Below are positions 28,049 to 37,120 of a stretch of DNA of 64,000 nucleotides, piece by piece; positions within the stretch are counted from its first letter, which is position 1; every line of letters begins with the position of its first letter. This DNA comes from Lysobacterales bacterium (lineage in GTDB: Bacteria; Pseudomonadota; Gammaproteobacteria; Xanthomonadales; SZUA-5), in contig JALHMH010000012.1 of assembly GCA_022844165.1 (NCBI GenBank), positions 56,056-120,055 on the forward strand, given 5' to 3'. The notes below the pieces were generated by a model. That model saw only the letters and a program-made list of their open reading frames with translations. It was not told the origin of the DNA and did no database searches. A program made the position numbers and the translations under genes.

Positions 28049-28555
28049 ATGGAAAATGCGTTGAATCTGCGCTCGAGTGGCGAGCAGCGCATCCCGGAGG
28101 GCCTATACGAGCGCGTGCTTGAGTCGGCGAGTAATCTCGTGATTCTGGACACGCCACACGGCGATGATGTGCTGAGTAGTTTTCGTCAGACGGCGCAACG
28201 ACGTGGGCACTCCGTTTATGCCTGGAGCGCGGCGCTCGGCTTGGCCAGCTTGCGTGAGCACGGCATCACGGTGGCCGGCAGTAAGCGCTTGCCGGACGCA
28301 CTGCGCTTCGTTTTGCAGTCGAGCCATTTCGGGGTCTACGTTTTCCCGTCGGACAAACGCGAATTTACCCCGCAGATCATCGCATTGCTGCGGCAGATCG
28401 CGCGGGGCAAGGAGGGCGGCGACAAGCGCGTTGTGGTGATGGGCCATGATATGGAGGTTTCGACCCCCTTGGATCGGCTCGCAACGTTGGTTGTGCACAA
28501 GCACGGACCTTCGCAGCATTTTCGATTGCGTGACGGACGCTGGGTGCGTGGATGA
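28049..28555 (+). CDS. Hypothetical cytoplasmic alpha/beta protein coupled to the GGDEF-EAL gene
   Basis: 168 aa, SVYAWSAALGL, ALRFV..FGVYVF, RLRDGRWV. ATGA overlap with the next gene. Confidence 0.7.
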   Translation: MENALNLRSSGEQRIPEGLYERVLESASNLVILDTPHGDDVLSSFRQTAQRRGHSVYAWSAALGLASLREHGITVAGSKRLPDALRFVLQSSHFGVYVFPSDKREFTPQIIALLRQIARGKEGGDKRVVVMGHDMEVSTPLDRLATLVVHKHGPSQHFRLRDGRWVRG

Positions 28556-31053
28556 GTGACGCGAATCGCAAAGCGGGTGTGCTCATCGTTGCCAGTAATC
28601 GCGAGGATCGTCGCGTGCTCTTCGATTCGTTCGATGGTGCCGAATTCGAAGCCATCTACACGGCTCGCGATGTGGTGCAAGCGCATGGGTTGTTGTCTCA
28701 GGACCCCGATCTGGCGCTGATCTTTGTCGAATTTCTCGATCCTTACGCTGAGATGGAAGGATTGTGCCGCTTACTCGCCGGTCATCCGCGGTGGCGCAAG
28801 GTGCCGCGGATCGGTGTGCTGCCCGTTGGCGCTCTGCCGCCAGGTTCGCAGGGCGGACCGGATGCGCCTGTTGTGAGTTGGATCAAGAGTCCGGTGAGTG
28901 CGGCAGAGGCGCTTCGCCAGGCGCGCGAAGTCATGATGCAGTCGACATCGATTGCGCCGGTTGATTCGGGCAATTGGCTGGAGCACCTGGAAATGCCGGC
29001 GGTGATTGTCGATCCCGCCAGCGATAAACTCCTCAAGGTCAATCACAGAGCGCTTGAACTACTGCATATCGAGGCCGACGCCTTGCCGCATCAATCGAGT
29101 CGGCTACTGATCGGTGAGCTGCCGGCGTTTCGGCCAGAGTCGCTGGGTTTAGGCGAAACGAGAATCGACACGGGTGCCGGACCTCGACTCGTGGGTTTGG
29201 CAACGGTCGGATTGAACGATGGTCAGCAGCTGGTCATGCTCACAGCCAGTGGCAGTGCCTCGTCGCCGATAGAGCTGCTGGCTCAATTGACGCGAACCGG
29301 CATTGACTCGGCTGCAGTGCCGCCCGTGCTTAAGCGACTGATTGCCGATTATGGGCTGGATCTGTTCTACGTCTGTATTGAACGCGGCGGCAACGAGACG
29401 GAACCGCAAGTATTGGCCGCGTACCCGCGCAACAGCGATGGTGGAATGCATAGCGTCTGGCAAACCGACGTTTACCGGCGTGTCCTCAGTTCCGCGGAAA
29501 TAAGCGTTGCGCAGGATGCGGCAACGCTCCAGCCTGAAGCGCTTTTGAAACAAATGCGGTTACAGTCGTTGTGCGCGGCGCCGATGTTTGGTGAAGGTCA
29601 GCGTGCTATCGGCGCATTGATTGCGGGCAGCCGCAAGCCCCAACCGCGCGCGGCGGAGTTGTTATCGGTTCTTCGTTTGGTTGGATCGCATTTGGCGATG
29701 CAAGCACTGGTATCGCGATTCCGCTCCGATTCGCGCTACCAGGGTTTGCACGATTCGCTGACGCGCCTGCCGAATCGTCTGCTATTCAACGATCGATTGC
29801 AGACCGCCTTGGCAGAAGCGGGTCGCAGTGGAGAGCTGTTCGCTGTGCTGTTCGTTGACCTCGATCGTTTCAAGACCATCAACGATAGCCTTGGGCACTC
29901 TGTCGGCGATCAGGTGTTGATCGGTGTCTCCAAACGACTTCGCGCCAGCGTGCGCGCATCGGATACGATCGCACGGTATGCAGGCGACGAATTCACGGTG
30001 GTGCTGCGGCACATCGTACAACGCGATGATGTGCTGCGGGTGGCTGACAAAATTGTCCGGGTATTGGAAACGCCACTGACGCTCTCCGACGGCCGCGAAC
30101 TGCAGATTACTGCCAGTATCGGAATCAGTTTTTATCCTGACGATGGCACGGACGCGGAGACGCTGCTGAAGCATGCTGATGTCGCCATGTACAGTGCGAA
30201 AGGTCTTGGCAGGAATACCTATCAAGCCTATGTCGCGGTACCGGAAGAGTCACATCGCCAGCGGCTTGATCTGGAAACCAAGCTACGTGTGGCGGAACGC
30301 AACAATGAGCTTAGAGCGTATTACCAGCCGCAGATGGATGCTCTGACCGAAGACATACTCGGTATGGAAGCACTGCTGCGTTGGGAACATCCGGAACTCG
30401 GGTTGATTTCGCCCGGCTTTTTTATTCCGATTGCTGAGGAAACCGGGCTGATCGTGCCGATTGGCGAGTGGATCCTGCGCGTCGCATGCATGGACACCAA
30501 ACGTTGGATCGACAGGTTTCAGCTGCCACTGCGTGTCAGCGTCAACCTGTCGGCGCTGCAATTGCGGCAGCCGAACTTGGTGGACATTGTTGCGAGCGCG
30601 CTGCGGGATGCAAATCTCCCGGCTGAATATCTCGATCTGGAAGTCACCGAGAGCATCAACATAAAGGACATCCCGAATTTAATGGACTTGCTCAGCGCAC
30701 TGCGCGAACTGGGCTGTCATATCGCCATCGATGACTTCGGTACGGGCCAATCTTCGCTCGACTACATCAAACGATTTCCGGCCGACCGTATCAAGATCGA
30801 TCAGACCTTCGTGCGCAACATTGGCGTTGATCCTGCAGACGAAGCGATCGTGAAAGCGACCATCGACATGGCACGCACGATGGAACGGATCGTTGTTGCC
30901 GAGGGGGTCGAAACCGAAGACCACTTCAAGTTCTTGAGCGCACACGGTTGTCAGGAGCTACAGGGTTATTTGTTTTGCCGGCCGTTGCCCGCAACCAGCT
31001 TTGAGAACATGCTCGCCGAACGCGCGAAGCTGGTGGCTGAAATTCAAGGCTAG
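28552..31053 (+). CDS. REC-like/PAS/GAF-GGDEF-EAL protein
   Basis: HDSLTRLPNR, DLDRFKTINDSLGH, RYAGDEF, EALLRW, DDFGTGQSSL, KIDQTF, EGVET, QGYLF. Confidence 0.92.
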   Translation: MSDANRKAGVLIVASNREDRRVLFDSFDGAEFEAIYTARDVVQAHGLLSQDPDLALIFVEFLDPYAEMEGLCRLLAGHPRWRKVPRIGVLPVGALPPGSQGGPDAPVVSWIKSPVSAAEALRQAREVMMQSTSIAPVDSGNWLEHLEMPAVIVDPASDKLLKVNHRALELLHIEADALPHQSSRLLIGELPAFRPESLGLGETRIDTGAGPRLVGLATVGLNDGQQLVMLTASGSASSPIELLAQLTRTGIDSAAVPPVLKRLIADYGLDLFYVCIERGGNETEPQVLAAYPRNSDGGMHSVWQTDVYRRVLSSAEISVAQDAATLQPEALLKQMRLQSLCAAPMFGEGQRAIGALIAGSRKPQPRAAELLSVLRLVGSHLAMQALVSRFRSDSRYQGLHDSLTRLPNRLLFNDRLQTALAEAGRSGELFAVLFVDLDRFKTINDSLGHSVGDQVLIGVSKRLRASVRASDTIARYAGDEFTVVLRHIVQRDDVLRVADKIVRVLETPLTLSDGRELQITASIGISFYPDDGTDAETLLKHADVAMYSAKGLGRNTYQAYVAVPEESHRQRLDLETKLRVAERNNELRAYYQPQMDALTEDILGMEALLRWEHPELGLISPGFFIPIAEETGLIVPIGEWILRVACMDTKRWIDRFQLPLRVSVNLSALQLRQPNLVDIVASALRDANLPAEYLDLEVTESINIKDIPNLMDLLSALRELGCHIAIDDFGTGQSSLDYIKRFPADRIKIDQTFVRNIGVDPADEAIVKATIDMARTMERIVVAEGVETEDHFKFLSAHGCQELQGYLFCRPLPATSFENMLAERAKLVAEIQG

Positions 31054-31314
31054 CGAGGCTTCGCCTCGGACCGACGAGCATTGGTGGCTTCGCCAGACAC
31101 GGAACTTGCCAAAACCCCCATTGAGCGCTGCGCGCATTTCCGGCCCGGCGGCACAACCGCCGGTCGTTCGGCTCGGCACACGCCTCGCGGCGTGTAAGCG
31201 CCGATCCTCACCCCCTTGTACTCAAGGGGGCGTCAACTGCCAAAGCCGCTGCGCAGAAAATTTGACTCAAATGTACAGATCCGGCTCCGTCAAGGACTCT
31301 AGCAAGGCTTCGCC
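31050..31314. repeat. Structured intergenic repeat bounded by direct repeats CTAGC(G/A)AGGCTTCGCC
   Basis: 16-nt direct repeats at 31050 and 31299 (15/16). 31050-31163 aligns with the reverse complement of 39174-39279, and 31140-31212 resembles 57866-57937. Contains several GC hairpins. Confidence 0.7.
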
Positions 31315-32693
31315 AGGCGTGTGCATTCAGTCGCCGCCTGTTTCGATTCACTGACTTGCCTTGCGGCGCGCAACCCGCTGCGGTAGGCGCCATGGACTGA
31401 ACCCGGAAAATCGGAGACGGTCGCCTCGCCGGCCATAAATACGCTTGGGCCACCGGGTATTGCGAGCACTTCCAGGTCGGTCAGTGAAGCGCCTGGCGGT
31501 ACGACGCTATAGGACCCTCCGGCGAATGGATCACTCGCCCACCGTGTTCGGATCGCACCATCGGGGCGAGGGATGTTCTTGCCGAAAATAGCCCGTAGAT
31601 CGTCCAAGATTGCGTCGAAGACCGCAGCGTCGGGCAGTGTCTCCAACTTGCGCGAAAACGTGCCTGCAACCAGGGCGACGAGGATCGGTTGTCGGTGCAG
31701 CGGGAACAGGTTGTAGAACTCGCAGCGCGCTTGTGCATCGCTGTCGACGCGCGCGAACGTGTGCGCTGCTTCTGGCCAGAACACGCTTGGGAACTTCAGG
31801 ACGATTTTATTCAGCGCGCCGCTCGCCAGCCGCTTGATCGCCGTTCGCTGACGGGCAGGCAGGGCAGGCTCAAATCGCACCGTTCCAGACTTCAGCACGC
31901 CGAGCGGCAAAGTGCAAATGGCCAGATCGGCGCTGAAGTGGCGTTGAGTCGTTTGCACGGTAACGCCACGGGCGTGCTGCGACACGGTGCGCACAACGTG
32001 GCCTGGGCGGATATCCAGATGTGCCGCCAGCTGCGCAACGATGGCACCAAAACCTTGCTCCAACAGTACATGTTCGCCTGGCCACTCGTCATCTTCATTC
32101 CAGGAACGCAACGCAAGCTGGTGCGCGGATTCGCCGTATTCCGATTCGATCAAACTCCAAAGCTGCCACCGCACCGCAGAACTGATCACATCGTTGCCGA
32201 GCAGCTCAACGGATGCCTGGTCAATGGCCGTTGCCAAATTGGCGTCGTCGTTGACGGCTGTCTTGATCGTTTCGACCTGCTTCAGAACGGCTTCGAACAG
32301 TTCGTCTGCCGCATCGATTTGCTGGTCGGTCAGCGGTTTGCCGCGCGCGTAGAGCACGGATGTGTTCCAGTCCGTTGCCTTCATCGTCATGCGGGCAGAT
32401 TTCGCGAGTTTGGTAAGCGGGTTTCCATCGATGCCCGCAATCCACGCACCACCCAGGTCTAACGGGGATCCCAGCGAGTGATCGGTCCAGATGCGTCCAC
32501 CAATGCGATGGCGTGCTTCCAGGACAATGACGCGGTAGCCGCGTTTTTGCAGTTCGGTTGCGCAGGCGATTCCAGCCATTCCGGCGCCAAGTACAAGGAC
32601 GTCGGCACGTGTCGTCAAAGCACGCCCATGCGCCACGTTTCGTGTCAGCAATGGTGCCATTGCCAGCGGCAGCAACAGGTTTCGGCGATGCAT
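31299..32693 (-). CDS. Flavin amine oxidase (MAO/polyamine oxidase family) with Tat-like signal
   Basis: MHRRNLLL, VLGAGMAG, EARHRIGGR, DLGGAWI, LPLGVLK, RWASDPFAGGSYS, AGEAT..GSVHGAYRSG. Confidence 0.88.
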   Translation of the reverse strand: MHRRNLLLPLAMAPLLTRNVAHGRALTTRADVLVLGAGMAGIACATELQKRGYRVIVLEARHRIGGRIWTDHSLGSPLDLGGAWIAGIDGNPLTKLAKSARMTMKATDWNTSVLYARGKPLTDQQIDAADELFEAVLKQVETIKTAVNDDANLATAIDQASVELLGNDVISSAVRWQLWSLIESEYGESAHQLALRSWNEDDEWPGEHVLLEQGFGAIVAQLAAHLDIRPGHVVRTVSQHARGVTVQTTQRHFSADLAICTLPLGVLKSGTVRFEPALPARQRTAIKRLASGALNKIVLKFPSVFWPEAAHTFARVDSDAQARCEFYNLFPLHRQPILVALVAGTFSRKLETLPDAAVFDAILDDLRAIFGKNIPRPDGAIRTRWASDPFAGGSYSVVPPGASLTDLEVLAIPGGPSVFMAGEATVSDFPGSVHGAYRSGLRAARQVSESKQAATECTRLAKPC

Positions 32694-32832
32694 AACGACG
32701 GATGCCTTTGACGATTGACGGTCGTGCCCGGAAGGCTACATCGCAGAAGTCACGACAGGGCGATGCTTGAGGAATGTCAGTTGCGATCGCCAGAGCGCGT
32801 ATGGCAGATCAAGGTCATTGAGAGTCGCCATC

Positions 32833-34392
32833 ATGCGTTCCTTGTTCGTTACCGTGGGTTTGGTCGTGGCAGATATTGCCTGTGCCGCAACTTCTGTGTT
32901 CTCTGCCAACAACCCGGGCGTCATTGAGGGGCTCGGACGTCAACTCACATTTGACCTTTCGACGCTGACAGGTGAAGTCCGCAGCGCACGCCTGGAGTTG
33001 GACTTCGATTACACGGTTGCCAGAGAACTCACATTGACGCTCAACAGCAATGGCCAGATCTTACCGCTTGCGCAGTTTCCCAGCGTCGGCGGCTCATCGT
33101 CGTTGCGCGGAACCTATCGGTTCGAGGACGGCGCAGTCACGACGTGGCTGCAACTGGAGGCGGCCGCAGGCGGAGGTGTCATCGATTCGCGCGTACCAGC
33201 CCGCGCCTTTCAGAGTCTGGGTGGCGAACAGTGTCTGAACTTGCTCGCCCGATTCATTGAATTCGACATCGATCGGATGCAACCTCTGCGGTTAGACATC
33301 GACCGCTTTGCGGCGCCAGGTCCGGGTGGTGGTTCGATTGCAGCGGCGCGCCTGATCGTCGATACCGAAGCGCCTGACCGCATTGCCTACACCGGTTTCG
33401 ACGAACCATCGGCGCCGATCGTTCGGTGCCTGCGTCCGAGCCTGGACCTCCTCGTCAACGGCATGGTCGATCAGAGCCGCTTGAGCCCTATTGCGCTGAT
33501 CGATTTCGCGGGCGAGAACTTGAGTTGGTTTGTGCGCCAGCGCGTGCCGTTGCTCGACGTAGGGCCGATCCTGTTCGCCAGTTCGGACCAGGAAGTCTAT
33601 GCAGGCCGCTTCGGCGGACGCTCCCGGATGAACTTCGGCGTGTTCGATGCAGCGAGCGGAACGGTCACATTTTCGACCGGCACCGGTGGACGAACGATCA
33701 GTATTGAAGGCGATTGGCTGTCGGTTCCTTATCGAACTTTGCCCGGTGACTACGATGGCGATGGCATCACCGACGTTGCGCTGGCGTACCTGGATGGCGG
33801 CAGCAATCGCTGGATCGCGCGGATTCGCTTTTCGAATACGGGGCAAACCCGGGACTACACGATCGATCCGCGCACCTTCGACCCGAATTCATTCACGTCC
33901 GGTGCCATTGGCTGGGGCGCGGGTCAAGACAGTGATCGCGATGGGCGCGACGAAATCGTTGGGTATGCCGAGTTCTCGGCGGCGGCAGGTATGAGCTATC
34001 TACAGCTGGTGCCCGATCCGAACTCAACCTCCATCACGCTATTTCGTACGGGCAGCTTCGGTCAGCGTGGTGACCAATTGGTGCTTGGAAAGTGGCAGCT
34101 CGCGAGCCACAACGCGATGCGGGTGTTTCGCGTCAATGGCTTTTTGCGGTGGCAACAATTTGGCAGTTCGACAGCCTTCGCCTGGGGTGATCCTGGCGAT
34201 CTACCGATGTCCGTCCATGTCGACAGCGATCTGGTCAATGACATCGCGGTTTTTCGTCCCAGTACAGGGGAGGTTTATGCGATCGCCAGCTCCAACGGCG
34301 CACAGGTGACCATCCCGGCACTGACGGCGCCGGCGCCGCTCATCACGCCATTGGGGTTCTTGCAAGGCGTCACGGCGCCGCTCGAACAGTGA
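32833..34392 (+). CDS. Secreted protein: P-domain-like N-terminus plus FG-GAP/VCBS-like repeats
   Basis: Signal peptide, PGDYDGDGITDVA, DSDRDGRDEI, WGDPGDLP, DIAVFRPSTG. Confidence 0.7.
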   Translation: MRSLFVTVGLVVADIACAATSVFSANNPGVIEGLGRQLTFDLSTLTGEVRSARLELDFDYTVARELTLTLNSNGQILPLAQFPSVGGSSSLRGTYRFEDGAVTTWLQLEAAAGGGVIDSRVPARAFQSLGGEQCLNLLARFIEFDIDRMQPLRLDIDRFAAPGPGGGSIAAARLIVDTEAPDRIAYTGFDEPSAPIVRCLRPSLDLLVNGMVDQSRLSPIALIDFAGENLSWFVRQRVPLLDVGPILFASSDQEVYAGRFGGRSRMNFGVFDAASGTVTFSTGTGGRTISIEGDWLSVPYRTLPGDYDGDGITDVALAYLDGGSNRWIARIRFSNTGQTRDYTIDPRTFDPNSFTSGAIGWGAGQDSDRDGRDEIVGYAEFSAAAGMSYLQLVPDPNSTSITLFRTGSFGQRGDQLVLGKWQLASHNAMRVFRVNGFLRWQQFGSSTAFAWGDPGDLPMSVHVDSDLVNDIAVFRPSTGEVYAIASSNGAQVTIPALTAPAPLITPLGFLQGVTAPLEQ

Positions 34393-34405
34393 GGTTCTCG
34401 CCAGT

Positions 34406-35464
34406 TTAGCCCAGATCGAAAACGCGTACGCCCGGCAGTGTTCGCAGTGGTGCGGTTCCCAACATCTGCGCTGGCGAGGCAAATCCATCCGGTACCTGTG
34501 CCGATAGCGAACGCTCGACACAAGCTAATGCCGCGAGCACCGTAAAGTCGTAAGGATCAGGACCTTCGACAACACTGCGCATTTTTGCGCCAACTTCGTT
34601 CACGACCTCACCGTAAAGATAACTTCTACGTTTGGCACGTTCATTGGGCTTTGGTCCTTCCGGTGCTTTTGCGACGTGGTCCTCCAGCAACGTGCGCAAA
34701 AAGCCCTTCGCGAACATCTTGCTGTTCTTTAAGACAAAGCGCAGTACTGCAGGAAGTGCGGCATAGCTGCTGATGTGCGGGATGCCGGTTGACTGACCGG
34801 CGCTGATGACGTCTGCTCGCCAGGGGAACAGCACGGCGCGCTGCTGTTTGCCGGGGCCAAAATCGATGCTGCGCGATTGGCTGCCCGGTTCGGCGTTGAC
34901 CAGTTGGCCGGACTTTCTCACGACGCCGCCCTGACCGAGGCTGTCGAGGAACGTCCGCATCGTGCCAGCACTCGCGCTGGCGCCAGCAGAGAAAGCCAGC
35001 AACAACGAAACGGCGTTTGGCTGCCGCTGCTTCAAATGCAGCGCCAGGCAGTCTGTTGGCAAAATCCCGAAGCCTGCGCCAGGCAGCAACATCACGCCAG
35101 CTTCTCTCGCTCGTTCATCGAGTCGCTGCAAAGTTCGGTGATCGGCAACCTCGCTGGCGATATCGAGATAGTGTGCCCCGGTACGCATGCACGCCTGGGC
35201 AAGCGTCGATGCCGTCAACGAGAATGGGCCAGCACAATTGAGAACCAAGCGAATTCCGCTGAGCGATTTATCGATCGCATCGCGCGCGGACATGTCGAAG
35301 GCTCGGTGTTTCAAATCGAGAGAATCTGCGAACGTTTTGACGGCCGCAGCGTCGCGGCTCGACAAGATGACATTGTGTCCGCGGCGTCTGGCTTCCGTTG
35401 CGATCAGGCGACCGGTGTAGCCGGTCGCCCCATAGAGCAGCCACCCAGGCTTGAATGTTGCCAT
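34406..35464 (-). CDS. Saccharopine-dehydrogenase-like NAD(P)-binding oxidoreductase
   Basis: LYGATGYTG, VLNCAGPF, HYLDIASE, PGAGF..PTDCLA. Confidence 0.85.
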   Translation of the reverse strand: MATFKPGWLLYGATGYTGRLIATEARRRGHNVILSSRDAAAVKTFADSLDLKHRAFDMSARDAIDKSLSGIRLVLNCAGPFSLTASTLAQACMRTGAHYLDIASEVADHRTLQRLDERAREAGVMLLPGAGFGILPTDCLALHLKQRQPNAVSLLLAFSAGASASAGTMRTFLDSLGQGGVVRKSGQLVNAEPGSQSRSIDFGPGKQQRAVLFPWRADVISAGQSTGIPHISSYAALPAVLRFVLKNSKMFAKGFLRTLLEDHVAKAPEGPKPNERAKRRSYLYGEVVNEVGAKMRSVVEGPDPYDFTVLAALACVERSLSAQVPDGFASPAQMLGTAPLRTLPGVRVFDLG

Positions 35465-35471
35465 AACGTGA

Positions 35472-36905
35472 TCAAGCCAATACGGCGTTGCCGCCGCGAT
35501 TGGCGTAGTGCTCGTGAATCACCCTGGCCATGCTGGCGGTCAGTTTCTTTCCGGTCGGAATGTGCAAGAACTCGTTCGGGCCGTGGGCATTGGATTTTGG
35601 GCCAAGCAATCCCGTCACGACGAATTGCGCCTCTGGGAATCGCTCCTGGAGCATGTTCATGAACGGAATACTCCCGCCTTCGCCCATCGCGGCGGCGCGT
35701 GGCCCGAAGAATTGCTGGGACGCTTCGTTGACACTCGCACGCAGCCATTCGGCCGTCGCCGGGGCGGCCCAACCTGTACCCGACTTTTCGATTTCGAATT
35801 CGATCCTGGCGCCGTAGGGCGGATCCTTTTCCAACACTTCTTTCAGCCGTGCCGACGCCACATCGCCATGCAGAGTTGGTGGCAAACGCACGGACAATTT
35901 GACGGCCGTGTGCGGGCGAAGTACGTTACCGGCATCGGTCAACGAAGGCAATCCATCGGCTCCGGTGACGCTCAGCGTTGGTCGCCACGTACGATTGAGG
36001 ACCAGTTCTGTAAGGTCATTCGCCATCGGTGTCATACCCGGCAAGAACGGAAATTTGTCGTAAACGGCGGAACCTAGAACGGTCGAAGCTTCCTTCGCTT
36101 GTTCGACGCGTTCGCCTGGGATATCCACGTACAAGGCATCGACCTTGATCTTGCCTGTCACCGGATCCTCGATTCGATCCAACAGTTGTCGGAGCAATCG
36201 GAACGAGCTGGGTACAACGCCGCTTGCGTCGCCGGAGTGCACGCCCTCCTCAAGCACCTGCACGCGAAGCGTGCCACCCGCAAGTCCTCGCAGACTGGTG
36301 GTCAGCCAAAGCTGATCGTAATTTCCACAACCCGAATCCAGGCAAATCACCAAACTTGGCTTGCCGATACGCGGCGCCAGGTGGTTGATATAGAACGGCA
36401 GGTCATAACTGCCAGATTCCTCGCAGCCCTCGATCAGAATAACGCAACGAGCGTGATCCAGGCCGCGTTCTTTCAGGGCCATGATCGCAGTGAGCGACGC
36501 ATAGGTAGCATACCCATCGTCAGCACCACCACGCCCGTACAGTTTGTCGCCAGAAAGGACGGGTTTCCACGGGTCAAGACCGACATTCCAACCGACCATT
36601 TCCGGTTGTTTGTCCATATGACCATAGAGCAGGACGGTATCGTCGCCCTTGCCCGGGATCTCGATGTACAAAAGCGGCGTCCGGCCCGGCAGGTCGACGC
36701 GTTCCACAGTCATTCCGGAAACGGGTTGATCGCGGACCCAGGTTTCCAGGAGCGCCATCGCTTCAGCCATATAACCACGATCTGCCCACTGCAGATCGAA
36801 CATTGGTGACTTATTCGGGATCTTAATGTACGTGGTCAATTGCGGGACGATTTGCTGGTCCCACATGTCGGACACGTAGTCGAGCACTTTTTTGGTGTCG
36901 AACAT
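35472..36905 (-). CDS. M20 family metallo-dipeptidase
   Basis: LYGHMDKQP, YGRGGADDG, EGCEESGS, CLDSG, GGSIPF, NAHGPNE. Start set at MFDTKK. Confidence 0.9.
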   Translation of the reverse strand: MFDTKKVLDYVSDMWDQQIVPQLTTYIKIPNKSPMFDLQWADRGYMAEAMALLETWVRDQPVSGMTVERVDLPGRTPLLYIEIPGKGDDTVLLYGHMDKQPEMVGWNVGLDPWKPVLSGDKLYGRGGADDGYATYASLTAIMALKERGLDHARCVILIEGCEESGSYDLPFYINHLAPRIGKPSLVICLDSGCGNYDQLWLTTSLRGLAGGTLRVQVLEEGVHSGDASGVVPSSFRLLRQLLDRIEDPVTGKIKVDALYVDIPGERVEQAKEASTVLGSAVYDKFPFLPGMTPMANDLTELVLNRTWRPTLSVTGADGLPSLTDAGNVLRPHTAVKLSVRLPPTLHGDVASARLKEVLEKDPPYGARIEFEIEKSGTGWAAPATAEWLRASVNEASQQFFGPRAAAMGEGGSIPFMNMLQERFPEAQFVVTGLLGPKSNAHGPNEFLHIPTGKKLTASMARVIHEHYANRGGNAVLA

Positions 36906-37120
36906 GGGCTTTCGCTCTTTGGTGTGCTTTAGTTTGTCGAGTCTACCTTGCCAAGGGAACAGCAGGCGGCGTGCTGGCACTTCAAGTTGCGCTTGCATTT
37001 TTCTAAGTCTGCCTGCACCATACGACCCCGTATGGAGCCGCACGGGGTTGGCTCGCCAACATACAATCAATCAATGCTCGCGGTCGTCCGACCGCGTTCA
37101 CGAATCTTGGGAGGGTTCTC

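Noticed and set aside
36975-36990. Sigma54-like TGGCAC..TTGC upstream of the CMF-like gene
   Set aside because: Spacing is GG-N11-GC, one base too long for the strict -24/-12 geometry.
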